Source: Cyanobacteriota bacterium
GTDB lineage: Bacteria; Cyanobacteriota; Cyanobacteriia; PCC-6307; Cyanobiaceae
Assembly: GCA_046052125.1 (NCBI GenBank)
Contig: JBJOMY010000004.1
Span: 128,001 to 192,000, forward strand
Direction of reading: 5' to 3'
DNA length: 64,000 nucleotides
The notes below the pieces were generated by a model that was given only the letters and a program-made list of their open reading frames with translations, ran no database searches and had not been told where the DNA came from. Numbering within the stretch: the stretch's first letter is position 1; each line of letters begins with the position of its first letter. Positions 32,029-40,184 of the stretch are shown here, piece by piece. Both the position numbers and the translations under genes were made by a program.

Positions 32029-32113
32029 GCGCGGGCAGCCGGAATGGCATCCAAACTAGGGGTCACCCACGGCCCCAGTGGTGGGTGAGAACCGAACGGG
32101 AGTTGCTCTCGCC

Positions 32114-32767
32114 ATGTGTGGCCGCTATTCCCTCACCGCCCGCCTCGATCAGCTGCTGCCGCGCCTGCAGGGTGCGCTGCCACTGGGGTTGGATCAGCAC
32201 TACGCCCCGCGCGGCCTGATCGCCCCGGGAGAACCGGTGCTGGCATTACGACAGGAGCATGGTCTGCTGCAGCCGGCCCTGATGCTGTGGGGGTTGCTGC
32301 CGGAATGGAGCAAGGATCCGTTGGCGGGTCCGCGGCCGTTTAACGCCCGTGCTGAAACCGTGGCCGAGAAGGCCAGCTTCCGCGGCGCCTGGAGGCATCG
32401 GCGCTGCCTGTTGCCGGCTGATGCCTTTCTGGAGAAAGGGCATCGCATCCACCGCCGTGATCACGGCCTGTTCTGGCTGGCGGGGATTTGGGACCGCTGG
32501 ATCGGCCCTGATGGCAGCGAGGTGGAGAGCTGCTGTGTGCTCACCACCTCGCCCAATGGCCTGGTGGCGCCACTGCACAACCGCATGCCGGTGATCGTTC
32601 CCGATGGGCTGGAACAGGCCTGGCTGGAAACCAAAGATGGTCCTGGCCTGCGGGCGCTTGAGCCGCTGCTGCAGGGCTGGGATCCGGGGAACTGGAGCGC
32701 AACAGCACCGCCAAGGCGAGCTCCGCGATCAGAGCCAGGCAGCCAGCAGTTGCCGTTGTTTCCCTGA
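32114..32767 (+). CDS. SRAP (SOS response-associated peptidase, YedK-like) protein
   Basis: N-terminal MCGRY, FNARAET, RRCLLPADAFLE, HNRMPV. Confidence 0.9.
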   Translation: MCGRYSLTARLDQLLPRLQGALPLGLDQHYAPRGLIAPGEPVLALRQEHGLLQPALMLWGLLPEWSKDPLAGPRPFNARAETVAEKASFRGAWRHRRCLLPADAFLEKGHRIHRRDHGLFWLAGIWDRWIGPDGSEVESCCVLTTSPNGLVAPLHNRMPVIVPDGLEQAWLETKDGPGLRALEPLLQGWDPGNWSATAPPRRAPRSEPGSQQLPLFP

Positions 32768-32803
32768 TCTCCACAATGAAGCCAGTCCGGTGGAGCGGCG
32801 TTC

Positions 32804-33550
32804 GTGCACACCCCGCGCATGCGACGCCGCCACAGCGGTTATGTGGGCCTGTTGATCACCTGCTTGGGGGTGCTGGTCTGCCTGATGTTGCCCAAGGGGC
32901 TTCGGCAGCTGGCTGTGATCGGCTATCTGGCCCTACCCCTGGTGTTGATCAGCGCCCTGGGGATGCCCATCAAGGAGGGGCGATGGCCAACGCTGCGCAT
33001 GCACGTGTTTCGGATGTTGGGCTTTGTCACCTGGGTGGCATCGCTGATCTGGTACCTCACGCCCTTGTCGCAGCAGAGCACCGGTGTGCCCTTGCTGGTG
33101 CTCTGGTCGCTGTTGGTGATCTGGAGCTGTGAGCGGCTGATTCGCAACCTGGCCTTGGAACGGCAGATCAACCGGGAGGTGTTGTTCGGTGCCTTGGCTG
33201 GCTACCTGCTGCTCGGCCTGGCGGCGGGATTGCTGTTCAGCGCCCTGGAAACCGTGGCGCCCGGGAGCTTCGTCGCCACCAGGTCCAGCCATGGGCCTGT
33301 GCTCCGCTCCCAAGGAACGACGGCCAACCCAGCCCACCCTGTGTGGGCGGTGGATTTTGTGGAGCTCAATTACTTCGCGTTTGTCACCCTCACCACCACG
33401 GGTTACGGCGACATTCACCCCTTCTCGGCCCAGGCCCAGATGCTGTGCGTGATCGTGGCCATCGCCGGCACGGTCTATCTGGCGATGGTGATGGGCTTGT
33501 TAATCAGTCGCTACACCGCCCGGGATGTGGAGGATCAGCTCGATCCGTGA
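32804..33550 (+). CDS. Potassium channel family protein
   Basis: YFAFVTLTTTGYGDI pore/selectivity motif; several TM segments; start uncertain. Confidence 0.85.
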   Translation: MHTPRMRRRHSGYVGLLITCLGVLVCLMLPKGLRQLAVIGYLALPLVLISALGMPIKEGRWPTLRMHVFRMLGFVTWVASLIWYLTPLSQQSTGVPLLVLWSLLVIWSCERLIRNLALERQINREVLFGALAGYLLLGLAAGLLFSALETVAPGSFVATRSSHGPVLRSQGTTANPAHPVWAVDFVELNYFAFVTLTTTGYGDIHPFSAQAQMLCVIVAIAGTVYLAMVMGLLISRYTARDVEDQLDP

Positions 33551-34626
33551 GCGCTGAGCTCAAAGCACCAGTCGGGCCCGAGCGGTTGTAGTCGCTGCGC
33601 TAGCCAGGGCTCCGCCTGATTTACATCCACCAACCCCAGATCACCCAGGGGAGTGCGGGCGGCTAGTCCCCCCAGCAGTTTCGGGGCGATCACTGCGGCC
33701 AGTTGCTGTACGCAGCCCTGATGCAGGGCGGAGGCGGCGAGCGCTGGGCCGCATTCCCAGAGCACTTGGTTGCATCCGCGCTGGGCGAGGGCCTCGAGCA
33801 GCTCCCGGGGTTCGCAGTGCTCGAGGCTCAGCCGCTCCACCCCCCACAGATCCAGCAGATCGCATCGATCCGCTGGTGCGTCATGGCCATGCACCACCAG
33901 GGTGCGGGCCAGGTGTTGGTCCCAGAGCGCAGCGCCGGCCGGTAGATCCAGGGATCGGCTGAACACCACGCGCAGTGGTTCAGGGGAGCGATGGCCCCGG
34001 CTGGTGAGTAGGGGGTTGTCGGCCCGCACGGTGCCCCCGCCCACGATCACCGCGTCGCAACGGGCCCGGAGTTGATGCACCCAGCTGCGGGCCGTTGGGC
34101 CGGAAATCCACTGGCTTGAGCCATTGGGCAGGGCCGTGCGGCCATCGAGGCTCATCGCCCACTTGAGAATGCCCAGGGGCCGGCCCTGCTGCACCCGGTG
34201 GATGAAGGCGCGGTTGAGCTGGCGCGCTTCGCTCTCGCACACCGCTTCGATCACCTCGATGCCCGCGCTCCGCAGCTGGGCTAGGCCCTGGCCGGAGACG
34301 CGCGGATCCGGATCGGTCATCGCCACCACCACCCTCGCAATGCCCGCGGCCTTCAAGGCCTCTGTGCAGGGCGGCGTGCGGCCGTGGTGGCAGCAGGGCT
34401 CCAGTGTGACCACCGCCGTTCCGCCCTCGGCACGGGCACCGGCCTGGCGTAGGGCGTGCACCTCGGCATGGGGGGTGCCGGCCCGCTGATGGAAGCCTTC
34501 ACCCACCAGGTGGCCGGCGGCATCGAGCACGACGCAGCCCACGAGGGGGTTGGGGCTGGTGCGGCCTGCCCCCAGGGCGGCCAGTTGCAGGGCACGCTGC
34601 ATCCAGGGCCGCCAGGGGGCGCTCAT
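33535..34626 (-). CDS. ribD: Riboflavin biosynthesis deaminase/reductase
   Basis: PNPLVG, HAE, TLEPCCHHGRTPPC, SLDGR. Confidence 0.96.
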   Translation of the reverse strand: MSAPWRPWMQRALQLAALGAGRTSPNPLVGCVVLDAAGHLVGEGFHQRAGTPHAEVHALRQAGARAEGGTAVVTLEPCCHHGRTPPCTEALKAAGIARVVVAMTDPDPRVSGQGLAQLRSAGIEVIEAVCESEARQLNRAFIHRVQQGRPLGILKWAMSLDGRTALPNGSSQWISGPTARSWVHQLRARCDAVIVGGGTVRADNPLLTSRGHRSPEPLRVVFSRSLDLPAGAALWDQHLARTLVVHGHDAPADRCDLLDLWGVERLSLEHCEPRELLEALAQRGCNQVLWECGPALAASALHQGCVQQLAAVIAPKLLGGLAARTPLGDLGLVDVNQAEPWLAQRLQPLGPDWCFELSAHGSS

Positions 34627-35147
34627 GAGCCGATGTGTTGGGCCTGATCCTCACGCCAGCTGGGCAGGCTGCGCCATTCCGCCACCACGTAGGGGGGAAC
34701 GGGCAGCTCAACGAACACCCCAGGTAGCTCAAGCCGCAGCGGTCGGTTCTGATGCAGTTCAGACAGCAGTGGATTGAGGTTGAACTCGGCGGCGGCGTCT
34801 CGTCCATCGGTCGCCAACTTGGGGTTGGCAGTAGTGATGTCGTCGAGTTCCCAGGTGTTGCGCCCGGAGTGCACCAGCAGCGCCGTGGGGTGATCGAGGC
34901 GCACCCTCCCGGGGAAGCCCACGATCCGCAGCGTCACAGGGCCGCCGGGCGGGCCGCTGCGGTAGGCCACGGCCTGCCAGCTCTGGTAATCGAGATCGCG
35001 CAGGCTCTCGAGGCTGCGCACCACCTCCTGGCCGTTTTCATCGTCATGGGCATGCACTTGGGCCCAGGCGGGCTGCAGTGGTGTGAGCAGCAGCAGCGCG
35101 CCGGCCAGGCAAGCCACAACAGCCCGAACGAGAGAACCTGAGGCCAT
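34623..35147 (-). CDS. DUF3122-like exported protein
   Basis: Signal peptide (AWA), RSLESLRD..WQAV..LRIVGFPG; ATGA overlap with ribD. Confidence 0.75.
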   Translation of the reverse strand: MASGSLVRAVVACLAGALLLLTPLQPAWAQVHAHDDENGQEVVRSLESLRDLDYQSWQAVAYRSGPPGGPVTLRIVGFPGRVRLDHPTALLVHSGRNTWELDDITTANPKLATDGRDAAAEFNLNPLLSELHQNRPLRLELPGVFVELPVPPYVVAEWRSLPSWREDQAQHIGS

Positions 35148-35188
35148 GAACCAGCAAATCTGACGTTCAGCGTATGGAACGGAGCGGC

Positions 35189-35458
35189 TCAGTCGTAATG
35201 GCTCCACATCCGCAGCACCCTGACAACTCCCCCCTTGCTGTCAACGGAGTACACCAGCCGGTGCTGAATGTTGATCCGCCGTGAGTAGGCGCCGCGTAAG
35301 TCGCCCACCAGGGTTTCAAAGGGAGGCGGTTGCTGGAAGGGGTCTTCAGCCAGCAAAGCCAGAAGCTGTTGGGCTTTGTCTTTGAGTGCCGGAGCTGCGC
35401 TGGCAAGTTTGCGGGCGTCCTTCTGTGCCTCCCGGGTGAAAAGAACACGCCAGCTCAC
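35189..35458 (-). CDS. yoeB: Txe/YoeB family toxin
   Basis: LVGDLRGAYSRRINIQHRLVY and C-terminal WSHY; GTGA overlap with the antitoxin stop. Confidence 0.9.
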   Translation of the reverse strand: MSWRVLFTREAQKDARKLASAAPALKDKAQQLLALLAEDPFQQPPPFETLVGDLRGAYSRRINIQHRLVYSVDSKGGVVRVLRMWSHYD

Positions 35459-35697
35459 CAGCCGGCGTCCTCACTGAGTTCATCGATTGGTGCGGCCATC
35501 CCCTCGAGGATCGACTCACGCATGCCTGGGATGGACGTGAGGTGAAGGGTTTCCTGGATGGCGCGCCAGTCCTGCTCCGAGAGCAGCACCGCACTGCCGC
35601 GCTTGCCGTGGATCTCAACCGGTTGATGCGATTCGCGCACCTCATCGATCAGTGAGAACAGGCGTCGACGCGCCTCGCTAGCCGTGATGGCCCCCAT
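35455..35697 (-). CDS. yefM: Phd/YefM family antitoxin
   Basis: MGAITASEARRRLFSLIDEV...PVEI...AVLLS..DW.AIQETLHL; 80 aa. Confidence 0.9.
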   Translation of the reverse strand: MGAITASEARRRLFSLIDEVRESHQPVEIHGKRGSAVLLSEQDWRAIQETLHLTSIPGMRESILEGMAAPIDELSEDAGW

Positions 35698-35700
35698 GAC

Positions 35701-35738
35701 CAGAAAAACGCGTACCACTAATCGTACGCGTTTTTCTG
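35701..35738. promoter_or_regulatory. Inverted repeat, probable TA autoregulatory operator
   Basis: Perfect 15-bp arms CAGAAAAACGCGTAC / GTACGCGTTTTTCTG with an 8-bp spacer, directly upstream of the antitoxin ATG. Confidence 0.75.
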
Positions 35739-35747
35739 TGGTGGTGT

Positions 35748-38243
35748 TCAGCTCCGCTCCGCACCAGGAATGTGCTGCCAGTTGGTGTGGGTGGCCCACA
35801 CCCCCCAGATGGCCATGGCCCGCAGGTAGTGGCAGGCGCGGAAGGTGTTCACGGCGGTGATCGCTTCGGGGGTACGGAACTGCAGGCCACCGCGATACAC
35901 CTGCTCCACCACGGCTGAGGTGATCGCCAGGGCGGTTTCGGTGTCGCCCATCAGCCGGTAGTAGCTGGCGATGCCGAAGTTGATGCCGGTCCACACCTCC
36001 AGGGGGTGGGTGCCGTTGGGGTCGAGGGGGGTGCCATCGCGGCGCAGGCCATTGGCCACACCGAGGCGGCCGCCTTCAAAGCGCTCGAAGCAGGCTTCCT
36101 TCACGGCCTTGAGGGTGCTGCGGCTGTTGGCTTCGCTCACCACCGGCGGCAGCCCGAGCAGCCGGGCGTAGAAATCGCCGCAGAGTTGGTCGGCCATCAC
36201 CACCGGCGTGCCGCTCTCGGCGTCGATGTCGTAGTACTCGCCGTTCCAGAGCAGCGTGTCGAAGTTGGCCCGCGATTGCTCCAGCCAGCCGCTGAAGGTG
36301 CGTTGTTCGCCAGAGGTGTCGAGCCCCGTCTGCAACTGCAGCTGTTGGGCGATGGCCAGGGCGGCCTCCAGGGCTGCGATCCACAGGGCTCCGCAGTAGG
36401 CGCTCACGCCCTTGAGGGGCCAGTCATCGAAGGTTTGATCCGGTGCGCCGCCGTTGTCGGGTAGGCCGTCGTTGTTGGCGTCAAAGGTTTTCAAGTAGTG
36501 CAGCGCTTCCACCGCAGCGGGCCAGCACTCCGCCAGGAAGTTGATGTCTTCGCCGTTGGGCGCCAACTTGAAGGTGCGCCACACCTGGAGCACGTAGTCG
36601 CTGGCCAGGTCCTTCCAGAGGTTGCAGTCCTGGTAGGCGGTGTAGTTCGTGGCATCCCAGGGCCGCTCATTCGGTGCGCCCAGGTCGTGGGGGGTGGCTC
36701 CTTTCACCTTGCGGGCCGCTTCCACGCGCCCTTTGCCCTGGGTGAAATACCAACCGATCGGCCGCGGCGAGGCATCGGCAGCGGGGATCGCCCGCGCGAA
36801 GCTGCGCAGCACTGCCTTGTCGAGCTCCGGCCAGAGCTGCAGCAGCGCCAGTGAGCCGTAGAGCCGCACATCGAGGCTTTCGTACCAGGCGTAGTCGAGG
36901 CACTCGAGCACGCCGAAACGGCCGTAGGGATCTTCCCGTGATGCGGCGCTCCAGAGGCTGCCGCCACTGCAGAGGTCGTAGAGCTCGTTGAACAGAGCCA
37001 TCCGCAGTGGCTCGGGCAGATCGCTGCGCTCAAGCACCGGCTGCTGCCAGGCCTCGATCTGTGCACGCCAGCTGCGCCAGTCGCGCAGGCCCTCGGCGGC
37101 GATGGCGGCGGCATTGATGCCACTCGTGCCGAAGAAATCGGTGTAGCGGCGCAGGGCGCTGGTGCCGGTGGCAAAGGCCGTCACCGGCAGATCCCAGCTG
37201 ATCACCAGCGGAATCTCGATGCTCTGGCCGGGCTCCAGGCGGCACTGAACCGCCAGGGCGGCACTGGCGGGATCGTTGACTCCGCTGCGCCGATCGTTGT
37301 TGCTTTCAGGAATGGAGCCATTGGCGCTGAAATCGCTCCAGATTTCGCTGCCATCGCCGTGGGGATTCCAGCGGCTGCAGCGCTGGATTCGCACCCATGG
37401 TTGCTCGCTGGTGGCAATGCACCACTGACCCTGACCTTCGGCAACCGGAGAGGAGACATCGCCCTCCAGCAGCACGCCTTTCAGCGAGCCATCGTCTACC
37501 CAGCGGTTGCGATGGCCCTCGCTGTTGCCGATGGCCGGTGCGTAGTTGTGCTCGGGGCTGCCGTCGTCACGGAAGTGCACCTCAGCTGAGGCGTCGGTGT
37601 TGGTGAACCAGCCGGTGGTGTTGCGCCAGCTCAGCAGCAGCGACAGATCAAGCGGCTTGCGGGTGGGGTTGCGCAGGGTCCACACAAACACCGCCACCGG
37701 GTAGCTGGTCTGCCTGTAGTTGCCCGGCAGGATCGGGCTGAAGGCCTCGCAGCTCACCTCAGCATCGAAGACGCCCTGGTAGTGGCTCCAGCTCAGTGGG
37801 TAGCGGGCCGCGTAGGTGCCGGTGGATCGATCGGCGCTGCTGGCGGGGTACCAGTTCCAGGCCGGTAGAGGTTGGCCAGCCTCGGGCCGTGAGGCATCCA
37901 CCTCGGGTGCAACGGCCAGGGCGTGGGCGCGCGGGGTTTTGCCGTTGTCTTCAAACAGGGCGAACTGACAGTCGGGCAGCACACCAAACCAGTGCTCGCC
38001 TCCATCGAGGTGCCAGAGGTTGAAATTCCCGTCGGGCGCGCGGCCGATGCAGCCCGCACCGAAGCCCCCCAGGGGCATGCCGTGATTGGGGCCGTCGTCG
38101 AGGTTGCTGGCGTAGCGAACGGTGTAGGGCTTGCTCCAGCCCTGGCCCAGGGCCCGCGACCAACTGGCACTGGGGGCTTGCCAGGTGCTGCGGGATTTGC
38201 GGCGCAGCAGGGATCGGAGGGCGGTGAGGCCGAGGCGCGCCAT
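35748..38243 (-). CDS. GH116 family glycoside hydrolase
   Basis: HGMPLGGFGAG, LFNELY, FGVLECLDY, PHDLG, WKDL, DQTFDDW, FRTPEA, YLRAMAIW. Confidence 0.88.
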   Translation of the reverse strand: MARLGLTALRSLLRRKSRSTWQAPSASWSRALGQGWSKPYTVRYASNLDDGPNHGMPLGGFGAGCIGRAPDGNFNLWHLDGGEHWFGVLPDCQFALFEDNGKTPRAHALAVAPEVDASRPEAGQPLPAWNWYPASSADRSTGTYAARYPLSWSHYQGVFDAEVSCEAFSPILPGNYRQTSYPVAVFVWTLRNPTRKPLDLSLLLSWRNTTGWFTNTDASAEVHFRDDGSPEHNYAPAIGNSEGHRNRWVDDGSLKGVLLEGDVSSPVAEGQGQWCIATSEQPWVRIQRCSRWNPHGDGSEIWSDFSANGSIPESNNDRRSGVNDPASAALAVQCRLEPGQSIEIPLVISWDLPVTAFATGTSALRRYTDFFGTSGINAAAIAAEGLRDWRSWRAQIEAWQQPVLERSDLPEPLRMALFNELYDLCSGGSLWSAASREDPYGRFGVLECLDYAWYESLDVRLYGSLALLQLWPELDKAVLRSFARAIPAADASPRPIGWYFTQGKGRVEAARKVKGATPHDLGAPNERPWDATNYTAYQDCNLWKDLASDYVLQVWRTFKLAPNGEDINFLAECWPAAVEALHYLKTFDANNDGLPDNGGAPDQTFDDWPLKGVSAYCGALWIAALEAALAIAQQLQLQTGLDTSGEQRTFSGWLEQSRANFDTLLWNGEYYDIDAESGTPVVMADQLCGDFYARLLGLPPVVSEANSRSTLKAVKEACFERFEGGRLGVANGLRRDGTPLDPNGTHPLEVWTGINFGIASYYRLMGDTETALAITSAVVEQVYRGGLQFRTPEAITAVNTFRACHYLRAMAIWGVWATHTNWQHIPGAERS

Positions 38244-38270
38244 GGGGCAGCTGAGGGTGGGGCCAGCTTG

Positions 38271-38522
38271 TCAGAGCTTGCTGTTCGGTGCCTCAGCGCC
38301 CACTTCCTGTTCCACCAGGGCATCGAGGGTCACAGCGGAGCGCACCAGGGCCTGGTAGTGCTGCACCACCCGCCGGTTGCGCTCCAGCCAGCCCGCCGGA
38401 TTGCCCTGGGCGGCGGCGAGGCTGCCGGTGTGATCGCCATCGAGCAGATCGAGATCGTTTTGCTGGTTGATCAGTGCAAGCACCAGCTCATGAATGCGCT
38501 GGCGGCGATCGGCGTCGGGCAT
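38271..38522 (-). CDS. Small hypothetical protein
   Basis: 83-aa helical ORF filling the gap between grrM and GH116 on the same strand. Confidence 0.65.
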   Translation of the reverse strand: MPDADRRQRIHELVLALINQQNDLDLLDGDHTGSLAAAQGNPAGWLERNRRVVQHYQALVRSAVTLDALVEQEVGAEAPNSKL

Positions 38523-38570
38523 GGAACGGAAAAACCGCTCAACACGTGATAGCCCAGCCAGAGCTGTGGC

Positions 38571-39764
38571 TCAGTGGCCGGGAGGCGGCCCAGCTTCGAA
38601 GCGATCGAGCAGCACCTGCACCGGGATTTGCGTACGGAAGCGGCAGGCGCTGGTTTCACTGCAATCCAGCGTGCCGTGCTCCCAGAACTTGTTGCTGCCC
38701 ATGCCGCCGCCGCAGAGGCCGTAGTAGTCGCAGCTGCTCTGGCAGCGCTGCATCCCCGCCACCACATCAGCCCAGAGTTGCTGGAAGCGGGGGCTGTGGG
38801 CGGCATCCACCAGCGTGGTGTCGCGGATGTTGCCGAGGTTGAACGTGCCGTAGCGCTCGCTGCTCACCGAGAGCAGCTCCGGATCAAAGGTGGAGAAGTT
38901 GCCCTGCCAGTCCACGCTGAGGATCGAATAGGGCCGGTTGAGTTCGTTCTGATTGAGGCGCCGGTTGCGCTGGATCAGATCGATCACCTGCTGAAACTCC
39001 CGCAGCATCACCGGATGGCCATCGGCTTCGCTGAGCTGCCAGAAGCGCGTGAGGAACTCCCGGTAGCGCTCCTCCTGCTCACGGCCCTGCATCGAGGAGC
39101 TGGTGTGCACGCCCTCTTGCTCCTCCACGTTGAAGCCCACGGAGCTGATGCCGTTGTCGCGGAAGAAGCGATACATCGCTTCGGGCTGCTCCATCGCCGC
39201 GGCGGTCACCACCGCGATCACGTGGCAGGGGATGTTGTGGCGCCGCAGGGTGTCGATACCGCGCAGGCAGAGATGGTGCGAGGGGTTGCCATTGCGGAAA
39301 CGGCGATGGGCGTCGTGGATGGCCTCCGGCCCGTCGATGCTCACGCCCACCACGATGCGGTTGCGACGGAAGCAGTCGCACCATTCGTCGTTGATCAGCG
39401 TGCCGTTGGTCTGCACGTGCTGCTCGATCACCACGTTGCCGTCGCTGAACTCGTGCAGACAGCGCTCGATGATCGCGGTGGCTTCGTCGTAGTAGCTGCA
39501 GGGCAGGGTGAGCGGTTCGCCGGCGTGCCACACCAACGACAGATGCGGCCCGCAGAAGGGGCTCTCCATCACCCGCTGCAGCAGCAGGGGCAGGAGCTCC
39601 AGGTTGAACACCCGCCGCTTCTGCCGATCGGGCAGATAGCAGTAGTCGCAGTCGAGGTTGCAAAGGGAGGTGGATTGCACCACTACCAGGCCGATTGGGC
39701 CGAAACGGCTCAGATCGAGAGCTGCATCGGCCGAGGGGGCCGTTGCGACTGTGCTGCTGCTCAC
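38571..39764 (-). CDS. grrM: Radical SAM/SPASM peptide maturase, GrrM/OscB type
   Basis: CNLDCDYC, WHAGEP, QTNGT, GVSIDGP, STFDPEL, Cys-rich C-terminus; adjacent to a Gly-rich precursor. Confidence 0.9.
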   Translation of the reverse strand: MSSSTVATAPSADAALDLSRFGPIGLVVVQSTSLCNLDCDYCYLPDRQKRRVFNLELLPLLLQRVMESPFCGPHLSLVWHAGEPLTLPCSYYDEATAIIERCLHEFSDGNVVIEQHVQTNGTLINDEWCDCFRRNRIVVGVSIDGPEAIHDAHRRFRNGNPSHHLCLRGIDTLRRHNIPCHVIAVVTAAAMEQPEAMYRFFRDNGISSVGFNVEEQEGVHTSSSMQGREQEERYREFLTRFWQLSEADGHPVMLREFQQVIDLIQRNRRLNQNELNRPYSILSVDWQGNFSTFDPELLSVSSERYGTFNLGNIRDTTLVDAAHSPRFQQLWADVVAGMQRCQSSCDYYGLCGGGMGSNKFWEHGTLDCSETSACRFRTQIPVQVLLDRFEAGPPPGH

Positions 39765-40147
39765 CAGTTCACGAAGCTGCCGGGCAGCACGTTGGCCCAG
39801 CCGCCATTGCCCCAGCCGCCATTGGGCCAGCCGAGATTCACATTCAGGCCGCCGCCGTAGTAGCGGCCGCCATTGCCCCAGCCACCACCATTACCCCAGC
39901 CGCCTCCGCGCCAACCGCCGCCATTACCCCAGGCGCGACCGCCACCGTTGCCCCAGTAGCGCGCCACCAATTCGCCGTTGCCGGAGCTGAGTTGTGGCTG
40001 CCAGGCGCCGTCGCGTAGAGCCTGGATGCGGCTCTCAAGCGGATTCCTAAGATCCGGGGCTTGAAACACAGCGGCCTGAGCCGTCTCGGTGAAGACGGCG
40101 GCTGCGGCGGTGAGGGTGAGCAGCTGCAGCAGAGAACGGGGTGCCAT
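39761..40147 (-). CDS. grrA: Gly-rich repeat RiPP precursor (GrrA/OscA type)
   Basis: Hydrophobic leader, then W-x-N-G-G repeats ending in FVNW; GTGA overlap with grrM. Confidence 0.88.
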   Translation of the reverse strand: MAPRSLLQLLTLTAAAAVFTETAQAAVFQAPDLRNPLESRIQALRDGAWQPQLSSGNGELVARYWGNGGGRAWGNGGGWRGGGWGNGGGWGNGGRYYGGGLNVNLGWPNGGWGNGGWANVLPGSFVNW

Positions 40148-40184
40148 GGCAGTGACGGTTGCGGTGATCAGGAGGGCTGGGGCG

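Noticed and set aside
30271..32088. 605-aa plus-strand ORF, and similar long ORFs at 58292-59803, 54716-56305, 38574-39860, 47545-48873 and 2883-4115
   Set aside because: They are antisense or alternative-frame shadows of well-supported genes (ftsH, ffh, grrM and others). Such ORFs are expected in high-GC DNA and show no recognisable motifs.
35698..35994. N-terminal extension of the antitoxin ORF to 179 aa in the ORF track
   Set aside because: It overlaps GH116 and the operator repeat. The Phd/YefM domain starts at the ATG at 35697.
39780..39960. Repeated CCATTGCCCCAGCCGCC-like units, possibly a CRISPR or tandem repeat
   Set aside because: They encode the WGNGG repeats of GrrA. There is no repeat-spacer periodicity and no cas gene.
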